A DNA stretch of 64,000 bases, from assembly GCA_963760795.1 (NCBI GenBank), contig CAVXEP010000032.1:64001-128000 (forward strand), in the 5' to 3' direction. The position numbers and the translations under genes are program-made. The stretch is from an uncultured delta proteobacterium (GTDB lineage: Bacteria; Desulfobacterota; Binatia; UBA9968). The notes beneath the pieces were generated by a model. That model did not search any database and was not told where the DNA came from. It worked only from the letters and a program-made list of their open reading frames with translations. This document shows positions 50,175-58,900 of this stretch, in pieces (within the stretch, counting starts at the first letter, position 1; each line of letters starts with the position of its first letter).

Positions 50175-50801
50175 ATGGATATTGATTGGACGCTGATCAA
50201 CCAAGCGAAAAATCTCGTCGAGCAGCAGATCCCGGAGCCGATTTTGAAAATCAAGATTGTGCCGGATTATCGAGATCCTTTGGTAAAATTTTTGCGCCCC
50301 CATATGCGGGTTCTTGATATCGGAGCTAATGATAGGGCTCTCAAGGCCTTCATTGAAAAACAATCCCACTTCTCGGTGGAGTACAAGAGTATGGATGTTG
50401 ATCGAAGCCATCAGCACGACTTCTATGATCTGGCGGCGATTCAAGGAGAGTATGACGCGATCAGCTGTTTCGAAGTCATAGAGCATATGCCGCCGGGACT
50501 AGGATTGGAGTTGCTCCGTCACGCGCATCGACTGCTCGTGCCAAATGGACGACTTTTCGTTTCAACCCCTAATGTTTATCATCCGATGTCATTCTGGTCC
50601 GACAGCACACATATTACTCCGTACCGTATTCGCCATTTAGCGGGATGGATGGCCAGCGCCGGATTTGTTAGGGTTTGGGGCTATCGCGTTTGCCGCATGA
50701 GTTTGCGAAAAAGGCTGCGGGCTTGGCGTTACCGGGGCTTGCTTCGTCTCTTGAATATAGATTTTGCCCCTGGCGTGGTTGTCATTGGAGAAAAAGCGTA
50801 A
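50175..50801 (+). CDS. Class I SAM-dependent methyltransferase
   Basis: 'VLDIGA', 'FEVIEHM', 'LVPNGRLFVSTPN', 'DSTH'. Confidence 0.8.
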   Translation: MDIDWTLINQAKNLVEQQIPEPILKIKIVPDYRDPLVKFLRPHMRVLDIGANDRALKAFIEKQSHFSVEYKSMDVDRSHQHDFYDLAAIQGEYDAISCFEVIEHMPPGLGLELLRHAHRLLVPNGRLFVSTPNVYHPMSFWSDSTHITPYRIRHLAGWMASAGFVRVWGYRVCRMSLRKRLRAWRYRGLLRLLNIDFAPGVVVIGEKA

Positions 50802-50967
50802 ATCCAGCGTTTGGTACTTGGTTGGCTGTTGCGCGATGCTGAGAGTAGGGCAGGTTGCCCGTGGGCGCCACGATAGATCACAGTTCGCAGGGGTCTGAGC
50901 AATCCATCGCGTCCTTCGCCAAATCGTCAGATTTGTTCCGGCCGTACGGAGTTATTGAGACTAAAGT

Positions 50968-51879
50968 GTGCTGACCTTCAGCCTGATTATCCCCACCTGT
51001 AACCGTAGCGGAAGCCTTCAGCGATTGTTGAAGACTATCGACGTGTTGGTGATGCCCGTCGCGTTTAACGGCGAAGTTATCGTAGTGGATAATGGCTCAG
51101 TGGATGACACCGCGAAGGTTCTCGCCGAGCGCTCAAAAGTCAGTCACGGCGTCCCGTTTTACGCGCTAACGGAAGAGCGTAAGGGTAAAGCCAGCGCGCT
51201 GAATCGCGGTCTCGCATCGGCGAAAGGCGACATCTTGCTGATCGTTGATGATGATGTGGTGGTGGATTCTCAACTCTTGGTTAAGCATATGGAAGCGCAT
51301 GAGGGTCAGGGCTTTGACGCGATTCAGGGCCGAATTCTACCCGGGGTAGATCCGGACGGGAATCATGCCGACCGATCACGGTTGCGTGAATACAATATCC
51401 CTTACATCGATTATGGGAAAAATATTCACGAAATCCGTGGATTAACCGGCACAAATATGTCCTTTACTCGGCAGGTCTTCGATAAGGTGGGATTGTTCGA
51501 CCCTCGGCTTGGACCGGGTGCGGCTGGGTTTAGCGAAGATACCGAATATTCAATCCGTATCCGCAATGCTGGATTTAAAATTGGTTACACGCCGGATGCC
51601 ATCGTTTACCATGAACTCAATCCCAACCGGTATGGTCGATCCTACAATAGAATGGTCGAATATCGAAAGGGATTGAGCCGAAGCATTTATCGGCACGATT
51701 CGATAGCTTTCCGGGTGATGCCGAATTTGGTGGCTAATTTCTTGCGCTATGGTTTGTATCGCATAGCCGGAAAATCTCAGAAAGCATATAAGACCGAAGG
51801 TCGGATCATGAAGTGTTGTGGCTACTTGATGGGCAAACTTCGTGGAGTCAGAGACCTGGATCGTCATAGCCAGGTTTAG
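50968..51879 (+). CDS. GT2 glycosyltransferase
   Basis: 'SLIIPTCNR', 'VDNGS', 'VDDD', 'GTNMSF', 'SEDTE'. Confidence 0.88.
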   Translation: MLTFSLIIPTCNRSGSLQRLLKTIDVLVMPVAFNGEVIVVDNGSVDDTAKVLAERSKVSHGVPFYALTEERKGKASALNRGLASAKGDILLIVDDDVVVDSQLLVKHMEAHEGQGFDAIQGRILPGVDPDGNHADRSRLREYNIPYIDYGKNIHEIRGLTGTNMSFTRQVFDKVGLFDPRLGPGAAGFSEDTEYSIRIRNAGFKIGYTPDAIVYHELNPNRYGRSYNRMVEYRKGLSRSIYRHDSIAFRVMPNLVANFLRYGLYRIAGKSQKAYKTEGRIMKCCGYLMGKLRGVRDLDRHSQV

Positions 51880-51891
51880 ACTATCAGTCGC

Positions 51892-52788
51892 ATGCTCCCG
51901 TCACCTAAAGTTTCGATGGTTATCGCGACTTATAATCGCGCGGAACTACTGCCTGCGACCATCGATAGCGCTCTGCAACAGGAATTTCAGGATTTTGAAC
52001 TTATCGTTGTCAATGACGGGTCGACGGATCACACGGAGAAATGTCTCGAACCCTATCGAGACCGTATCCGCTATTTATATCAAGACAATTCTGGTCCATC
52101 TGCGGCGCGCAATGCCGGGGTTAGGCTGGCTCGCGCCCGCTGGATCTCGATCCAAGACTCGGACGATTTATGTGCGCCGAATCACCTGACAACTCTGTAT
52201 CGTTATGTCGAAAATCATCCAGATTGCGGGATGGTCTTTGCCAACGGTGGCTATCTTGGCGGCCCCTCGCATAACCGAGAAACCATCATACCGTCAGACA
52301 AATCCCGGCGGTTGGCCAAGCAGGGTGTGAGTCTCACGGACCTGTTCGATAAAAGTCTCGTGCGGCTCCAGGCATCTTTGATTTCTAAAGCATGTTACGA
52401 CGATTTAGGAGGACATGACGAGAACCTCAGAATATCCATGGACTTGGACTTGACGTTTAGAATCTTTCATCGATATCCGGTGGCCTACCTCGACGAGGTG
52501 GTCTTTTATTACCGAAGACATTCCGGTAACACGAGCGGTAATCAGGAGCTGAGGTTGTCGGAGAATATTAGTGTCATAAGAAAACTCCTTGCTGACAATC
52601 CGCAAGCGGAAACGACTTTGGGCCAACAACGCGTAGCGTCACGCCTGGCCTACCGGTATTACCGCCTCGCGAAGGGTCTTTGGAAGAAAGGCCGACAATT
52701 AGAAGCCCAATCCGCCATTGACGAAGCCTCCCGCCTCTGTCCATGGTCGCTAAAGTATCGATTCTATCGATTACGATGGGGCGTCTGA
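51892..52788 (+). CDS. GT2 glycosyltransferase
   Basis: 'SMVIATYNR', 'NDGSTD', 'GPSAARNAG', 'DSDD'. Confidence 0.88.
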   Translation: MLPSPKVSMVIATYNRAELLPATIDSALQQEFQDFELIVVNDGSTDHTEKCLEPYRDRIRYLYQDNSGPSAARNAGVRLARARWISIQDSDDLCAPNHLTTLYRYVENHPDCGMVFANGGYLGGPSHNRETIIPSDKSRRLAKQGVSLTDLFDKSLVRLQASLISKACYDDLGGHDENLRISMDLDLTFRIFHRYPVAYLDEVVFYYRRHSGNTSGNQELRLSENISVIRKLLADNPQAETTLGQQRVASRLAYRYYRLAKGLWKKGRQLEAQSAIDEASRLCPWSLKYRFYRLRWGV

Positions 52789-52802
52789 AACAGAGCCGGA
52801 CT

Positions 52803-53708
52803 ATGGATTTTAGCATTGTCATCGCTACTTATGACCGTTGGGAATTGCTTCGCGGTTTGCTGAGCTCAATTCGTGAGCATTTTGATACGGCGGGTGTCGA
52901 ATACGAAGTGATTGTGGCGGATAACTCGCGAAACGACGAAATCTCGAAAAAAATCGAGCAGGTCGTCGAGGTTTTCCGCAGCTCCGGACGCGCCGAGTTT
53001 CGCACGGTCGAAGAGCCTCTCGCAGGCAAGTGTCGCGCCCAGAATGCGGCCATCAAATTGGCGCGAGGCGAGATTATCGCTTTCTTTGACGATGATGTCG
53101 TCGTCACTCCCGAATGGTTGAATGTGGCGGCCTATTTCTTCAAACACGAAACCTTCGATGTCATGCAGGGCCCGATCCTTGTGCCGCCGGAGATCGAACA
53201 TGATGAAAATTTCGTCCGTGCTCAGAGGAAGTTCAGAACAATAAATTTTGTTAAATATCCATCGGGCCTTAAAGAGATTAAAACTCTCACCGGCGCCAAT
53301 ATGGCGGTGCGCCGGCAATTGTTTTCGAAAATCGGTGTATTCAATGAGGAACTTGGTCCTGGCAGGTCGGGTATATCCGAGGACGTTGAGTTCGCCAAGC
53401 GTGTCCTCAAAGCCGGGGGGCGGATCGGTTACGAGCACCGTGCCGCGGTCTATCACATCGTTGACTGGAGCAGGTTGACGGAGGAGTTTTTTCGCGATCG
53501 CCACGAACAACAAGGGAGGAGCCGGCTTATATATAAAAAGCAGTCTTTGGCATCAATCGTACCCAACTTGATGCGTTCTGTTTGGACATTGGCTTGGTAT
53601 TCGATGATTGGTGATGTCCGAAACAAATATCGTGCTAAGGGACGATATTTTCATTATCGCGCCATGCTCGCTGAGAAAACCAAAACCAGCAGTCGCGTCC
53701 AGGTTTGA
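52803..53708 (+). CDS. GT2 glycosyltransferase (paralog of 50968-51879)
   Basis: 'SIVIATYDR', 'FDDD', 'GANMA', 'LGPG..G.SEDVE'. Confidence 0.88.
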   Translation: MDFSIVIATYDRWELLRGLLSSIREHFDTAGVEYEVIVADNSRNDEISKKIEQVVEVFRSSGRAEFRTVEEPLAGKCRAQNAAIKLARGEIIAFFDDDVVVTPEWLNVAAYFFKHETFDVMQGPILVPPEIEHDENFVRAQRKFRTINFVKYPSGLKEIKTLTGANMAVRRQLFSKIGVFNEELGPGRSGISEDVEFAKRVLKAGGRIGYEHRAAVYHIVDWSRLTEEFFRDRHEQQGRSRLIYKKQSLASIVPNLMRSVWTLAWYSMIGDVRNKYRAKGRYFHYRAMLAEKTKTSSRVQV

Positions 53709-54397
53709 GCCGTGACTCTGCTCAGAAGCGTCCTGCCGATCTCTTTGGCTTTTGGGACGCCGATTTTGCGTGCGGCGATATATGCCGCCCGTGTTGAAAG
53801 GGTTAGCGCTTTGAGACATTTGGCTTCGAAGGACGCTTTTCTCACCTTTCTAACGGCGGTGATGTTGTCGACGATGGTGATTTCTTGGAAACGATCCGAC
53901 CGAAAGACATTTTCCCAAAGCACGCGCTTGGGTCCATTTTTTCTAATCGTATCGTGCATCGCCAAAATTCCGCCTTCGACTAAATGCGGCTCCCACAATG
54001 AAAAGTCGAGCTTGGTCGGTTCGTACCGGTGGTCGCCGTCGATCCAAAGTAGGCGAATCGGCTTAGCCCAATGTTGCGCTGCCGCTTCCGAGGTCATGAC
54101 CATCGGGACAATCTGATTCTCGACACCCGCCTGTTTTATGTTCGCCAGGAACTCCGCTTCCGTGTCTTCCAGATACCCTTCTTCCGGCATTATCCGATGG
54201 GGATCGATTGCGTAGATTTTTTCCGCATGGACCTGTGCGGCGCCAAGCGCAAGGGCGACGGTGGATTTGCCTTTCCAGCTGCCGATTTCGACGATGACAC
54301 CTTTCTGGTCGTTGAATTGGCCTAGTCGATACAGGCAATCGACCTCATGCGCAGTCAGCATGCCGGGCAGTTTGTAAACACTCTCCAAGTTTATCAC
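53654..54397 (-). CDS. Class I SAM-dependent methyltransferase (Methyltransf_24-like)
   Basis: 'VEIGSWKGKST', 'AIDPH', 'WIDGDHRYE', 'GG..AMHD'. Confidence 0.85.
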   Translation of the reverse strand: MINLESVYKLPGMLTAHEVDCLYRLGQFNDQKGVIVEIGSWKGKSTVALALGAAQVHAEKIYAIDPHRIMPEEGYLEDTEAEFLANIKQAGVENQIVPMVMTSEAAAQHWAKPIRLLWIDGDHRYEPTKLDFSLWEPHLVEGGILAMHDTIRKNGPKRVLWENVFRSDRFQEITIVDNITAVRKVRKASFEAKCLKALTLSTRAAYIAARKIGVPKAKEIGRTLLSRVTAQTWTRLLVLVFSASMAR

Positions 54398-54471
54398 TGC
54401 GATACTCCTGGGCCATTTATAGCAAACCTGGCAGCCATAATGAAGAGAGTTTGAGGCAAAGCCTGAGTCTC

Positions 54472-55263
54472 ATGGCCCGATCACCAGCCTTTACCACTTC
54501 GGCAATTGTGGTTTGCTTCAACGAAGAAGAGCGGATCGAGGATTGTCTAAAGAGTCTCGTTTGGTGCGATGAGATTGTCGTCGTCGATGCGTTCAGTAGC
54601 GATCGTACGCCGCAGATCTGCCAGCGCTATACCCAACGATTTGTTCAGCGAAAATGGGCCGGCTACAGAGATCAAAAGGCCTACGCCCATTCCTTGGCGA
54701 CCATGGATTGGGTGTTATTGGTTGACTCCGATGAACGGGTGACCGACGAGCTGCAAAAGGAGATTGCCGAGAGCTTGATCCAGGATAACGGCGATTATTC
54801 GGGTTATGCGATTCCTCGCTTAGTGCGCTATCTTGACCGCTGGTGGTGGCGCGGCGGCTGGTATCCGGATTATGACGTGCGCTTGTTCCGCCGCGACCGG
54901 GCGACCTGGGGTGGGCTCGATCCCCATGAGAAAATCATCGTTGATGGCAAGGTGCGCCGGCTGCGACAGCCGTTGCATCACTTCTCCTATCGCAGCATCG
55001 ATGACCATATTCAAAGAATCAATCGTTTTACCTCGATCTCGTCGGCGGAGCTGAGAAAATCCGGCGGCCGGTGGCGGCTGAGCGATGCTTTGCTGCGGCC
55101 TGCGGTGCGGTTTTTTCGTTTGTACATTTTGAAGCGCGGGTTCATGGAAGGGTTCGCTGGTTTCTATGTGGCGCTGACGGCGGCGGTTTACGTATTCTTG
55201 AAGTATGCTAAATTGTGGGAACTTGAAATCAAGGAGAAACGTGACGACGAGCGGCGGCAGTGA
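54472..55263 (+). CDS. GT2 LPS core beta-1,4-glucosyltransferase (WaaE/KdtX/LgtF-like)
   Basis: 'NEE..I..CL.SL.WCDEIVVVD', 'DSDE', 'GWYPD..VRLF', 'HE', 'LKYAKL'. Confidence 0.87.
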   Translation: MARSPAFTTSAIVVCFNEEERIEDCLKSLVWCDEIVVVDAFSSDRTPQICQRYTQRFVQRKWAGYRDQKAYAHSLATMDWVLLVDSDERVTDELQKEIAESLIQDNGDYSGYAIPRLVRYLDRWWWRGGWYPDYDVRLFRRDRATWGGLDPHEKIIVDGKVRRLRQPLHHFSYRSIDDHIQRINRFTSISSAELRKSGGRWRLSDALLRPAVRFFRLYILKRGFMEGFAGFYVALTAAVYVFLKYAKLWELEIKEKRDDERRQ

Positions 55264-56356
55264 TGGCCGCAAGCTGCTGAAGATTCTGCACGTCGATCCG
55301 GAACGAAACTGGGGTGGCGGGGAGGCTCAAGTCTTCGGTCTGCTTTCTTACCTAGCGGCGCAGGGGCATCGTAACGATCTCTTGACTCATCCAGAAGGCC
55401 GCTTGTTCGCTGAAGCTGGCAAGTTAACGGTTGCCAGATTGCCATTGGTGGTTCGCAACGATTTGGATCTACGGGCGATCCCGAGGCTGCGGCGGCAGAT
55501 CGCTGCCGCCGGTTACGACGTGGTTCATCTCCACACCAAAAGAGCCCATGCGCTTTCGTTGTGGTTGCCGCGCGGCGGCCGGAGCCCGCAGTACCTCGTC
55601 ACCCGCCGGATGGATTATGCTGAGCGAAAAAATTGCTACACCCGCTGGCTTTATAACCGCCGTGTCGATGGCGTGGTGGCGATCTCGCAAACCATCGTCG
55701 AGCTGTTGGTCGATGCCGGGGTGGAGCGGCGCAAGATCCGGCTGATTCATAGCGGCATCGACCCCAGCCGGTTTGCCGCCGCGGCGTTGCCGCAGAATTC
55801 TCACACCGGGGTTGTGACCTTGGGGTGTCTCGCTGTTCTGGAAGAGCGCAAGGGGATCGAGTTCCTAATCGATGCGGCGGCGCGGTTGCAAGCTCAAGGA
55901 GTACTGCTTCATTGGCTGATCGGCGGGGACGGATCTCGACGCACAGCCTTGGAAAGTAAAGCGCACGCGCTTGGACTCGCCGAACGGGTAGAGTTCTTAG
56001 GCTTCGTTTCCAAGCCTGAGGTTTTTCTTCAGGATATCGATATTTTTGTCATGCCTTCTTTGTTCGAAGGCTTGGGTGTGGCGGCATTGGAAGCGATGGC
56101 TGCCGGCAAACCGATTGTTGCCACCAGAGTCGGCGGTTTGGCGGAGTCGGTGCAGGACGGACAGACGGGAATATTAGTCGCACCGCGCGACGGCAAGGCG
56201 ATCGCTGACGCCGTCGCCCGACTGATTAACGATCCGCCACTGGCGCAACGGATGGGACTGCAGGGACGGCAGCGGGCGCTCGAACACTTCACACTGGCGC
56301 AAATGGCGGCGCAGAACGAAGCGTATTACTACGAGTTATTAGGGACGGGAAATTAG
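55241..56356 (+). CDS. GT4 glycosyltransferase
   Basis: 'WGGGEAQ', 'IHSGID', 'ERKG', 'EGLGVAALEAMAAG'; start approximate. Confidence 0.87.
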   Translation: MTTSGGSDGRKLLKILHVDPERNWGGGEAQVFGLLSYLAAQGHRNDLLTHPEGRLFAEAGKLTVARLPLVVRNDLDLRAIPRLRRQIAAAGYDVVHLHTKRAHALSLWLPRGGRSPQYLVTRRMDYAERKNCYTRWLYNRRVDGVVAISQTIVELLVDAGVERRKIRLIHSGIDPSRFAAAALPQNSHTGVVTLGCLAVLEERKGIEFLIDAAARLQAQGVLLHWLIGGDGSRRTALESKAHALGLAERVEFLGFVSKPEVFLQDIDIFVMPSLFEGLGVAALEAMAAGKPIVATRVGGLAESVQDGQTGILVAPRDGKAIADAVARLINDPPLAQRMGLQGRQRALEHFTLAQMAAQNEAYYYELLGTGN

Positions 56357-56378
56357 CGGCAGTTTCCACTTTGTTTCG

Positions 56379-57363
56379 ATGACCAACCTTCTCGAGATTC
56401 TCGCAAGATTCAAAGGCGCGCACTTGTTGGTGGTGGGCGATCTGATGCTCGACCGCTTTGTTCTGGGCGATGTCGAACGATTGTCTCCGGAAGCGCCGGT
56501 GCCGGTGCTGCGGGTGGTATCTGAGGACCGGCGTCTCGGTGGCGCCGCGAACGTCGTCCATAACATTCGCTCACTTGGCGGCCGGGTAACCGCCTGCGGC
56601 ATTGTTGGCAATGACGACGCCGGTAAACGTATTCTCGGCATCCTGCGAGCACATCGGCGCCTCGACGGCTGGGGTCTTGACCGATCGCAAGTTTCAAACC
56701 ATTCAGAAGAGCCGAATTATCGCCAGCCCGCACCATCAACAGATTGTCCGGCTGGACCGGGAGAGCCGCGCTCCGATTCACGCTGCGACGTTGAAACGGC
56801 TGCGCGAGTTTATTCTCGATCGCGCCGCGCGTTGCGACGGCGTCTTGATCTCGGACTATGGGAAAGGGGTGGTGCACGCTGAGCTATTGGCGGCGCTCGC
56901 CGCTCGCATTGGTAAACGGAAAATTCTCTACGTGGTCGATCCCAAGAAGGAAAATTTTGCCCACTATCGTTACCCGACACTGATTACGCCCAATAAAATC
57001 GAAGCGGCAGATGCCGCGGCGATCGACATTCGCGATGACCGGACGTTGCTCGCCGCCGGGGCAAAATTACTGCGCCAATGGCGCGCCCAGGGCGTGCTGA
57101 TTACCCGCGGTGCGGAGGGCATGAGTTTGTTTCGGCCGCGCTGCCAGCCGCGGCATTTTCCCACCGCGCCGCGCGAGGTTTTCGAGGTGACCGGCGCCGG
57201 CGATACGGTGGTGGCGGTGTGCGGGTTGGTGCTGGCCTGCGGCGGCGACTTTGACGCCGCCGCGGTGATTGCCAATATGGCCGCCGGGTTTGTCGGTGAC
57301 GAGATCGGCACCGTGGCAGTGCCCTTCAAAAAGCTTAAACTGAAGATTGAGGAACTCTTATGA
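56379..57363 (+). CDS. rfaE1: D-glycero-beta-D-manno-heptose-7-phosphate kinase (HldE kinase domain), apparent +1 frameshift near 56648
   Basis: 'GDLMLD..RLSPEAPVPV..GGAANV' in frame 56379; 'SDYGKG', 'DPK', 'TPN..E', 'VTGAGDTV' in the +1 frame. Confidence 0.85.
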
Positions 57364-58220
57364 AAAGTATGACTGGATATGGCGAGGCGTCGCAGAATAT
57401 TCACGGCGCTCGAATCACCGTGCAGATTCGTAGCGTCAATCACCGCCACCTCGACCTGCAAGTGCGAACGCCGCGGGAGTATATGTCTTTCGAGGAAGAA
57501 ATCCGCAAGCTCCTACGCGAAAAGATTTCCCGCGGCCGCATCGATTTGTTCGTCAACCGCTATGTCGCCAAAGGGCAATCGCGCAAGCTCGAGATGGATG
57601 AGGCTTTGATCGGTCAATTCCTTTCCGGGGTCGCGCAGCTCAAGAAGAAATACAAACTTGGCGGCGAAGTCGATGTTGCGTTGGTTTCCAACATTCCCGA
57701 TGTCTTCCATGTGCGCGAGGTTGAGATCGACAGCAAGGGCGAACGCCAGGCGGTGCTCAAGGCGCTCAACGGGGCGCTCAAGAAGCTCGAACAGTCGCGC
57801 GAGCGTGAGGGGACGCATTTGCGCGCCGATATGGAGTCACAGATCGGCCATCTGCGGGAAATCGCCGGGGCGTTGGAAGCGCGTTCACTTGAGATCGGCG
57901 CACGTCAGTCCAAGGGCGGCTGGCCGGACGGACAGAATGGCGAGAGGGCGGAGCGAAATGGCCCGGAGCTTTCCACCGCCCTAGCGAAAGGTGACATCAA
58001 CGAGGAGTTGGTTCGTTTAAAAACCCATGTCGTAGGGTTGGCCAAAGTCGTGCGCGAACGTGAACCAGTGGGCAAAAAGGTCGACTTCATGCTCCAGGAG
58101 GTCAATCGCGAACTCAACACCATCACCTCCAAGGTACCCTATTTGCCGGTGACCCAGCTCATACTTCAAGGCAAGGAGCGGGTCGAGAAAATTCGTGAGC
58201 AAACTCAGAACATCGAATGA
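57360..58220 (+). CDS. yicC: YicC/YloC family endoribonuclease
   Basis: 'SMTGYG', 'RSVNHR', 'EELVRL', 'QEVNRELNT', 'EKIREQTQNIE'. Confidence 0.92.
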   Translation: MKSMTGYGEASQNIHGARITVQIRSVNHRHLDLQVRTPREYMSFEEEIRKLLREKISRGRIDLFVNRYVAKGQSRKLEMDEALIGQFLSGVAQLKKKYKLGGEVDVALVSNIPDVFHVREVEIDSKGERQAVLKALNGALKKLEQSREREGTHLRADMESQIGHLREIAGALEARSLEIGARQSKGGWPDGQNGERAERNGPELSTALAKGDINEELVRLKTHVVGLAKVVREREPVGKKVDFMLQEVNRELNTITSKVPYLPVTQLILQGKERVEKIREQTQNIE

Positions 58221-58900
58221 AACAGCGCGTACCTCAACTGGCTAAACGGCAGGGGATCATATTTATTCTTTCGGCGCCATCGGGAGCCGGCAAGACGACC
58301 CTCTATAACGGTCTGCGGAAAAGTTATCCGGATATCCAACTGTCGGTGTCCTGTACAACGCGCGGGCGACGCCGCGGTGAGGTGCCGGGACGAGACTATC
58401 GTTTCCTGAGCGAGGCTCGATTCGAGGCTTTGAAAAACCGCGGTGAGTTTGCCGAATGGGCTCAGGTGCATGACTATCGCTATGGCACACCACGAAAGCC
58501 CATCGACCGGGCGGTTATGGCCGGCCGCGACATTCTGCTCGATATCGATGTCCAAGGGGCGCGAAAGATCAAAATTGCCTACCCAGCGGCGGTGGCGGTG
58601 TTCGTGTTACCCCCCTCCCTGGCCGAATTAGCGCGCCGCTTGTCTATGCGCGGCACCGAGGACCGCCAAGTGATCCAGCGCCGCCTGGCCAATGCTAGAG
58701 GTGAAATCCAGCAGAGAATCCACTATGATTACTTTGTCGTCAATCACGATGTTGAGCAGGCGGTGCGCGTGCTTAGCGGGATCGTCGAAGCCGAACGAGC
58801 TAAAGTATCCAGGGTAACCGAGTGGCGCGTCGAACCGCTTCGCGCCATGCGCGGCGCGAGCAGCCATGAGCAAAGAAATCAAACTTCACGACCTGGTTGA
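58217..58900 (+). CDS. gmk: Guanylate kinase
   Basis: 'SAPSGAGKTT', 'SCTTR..R.GE', 'YGT', 'DIDVQGA'. Confidence 0.94.
   Translation: MKQRVPQLAKRQGIIFILSAPSGAGKTTLYNGLRKSYPDIQLSVSCTTRGRRRGEVPGRDYRFLSEARFEALKNRGEFAEWAQVHDYRYGTPRKPIDRAVMAGRDILLDIDVQGARKIKIAYPAAVAVFVLPPSLAELARRLSMRGTEDRQVIQRRLANARGEIQQRIHYDYFVVNHDVEQAVRVLSGIVEAERAKVSRVTEWRVEPLRAMRGASSHEQRNQTSRPG

Noticed and set aside
58217-58900. Absence of rpoZ between gmk and rel
   Set aside because: This gene order varies among lineages; rpoZ is probably elsewhere
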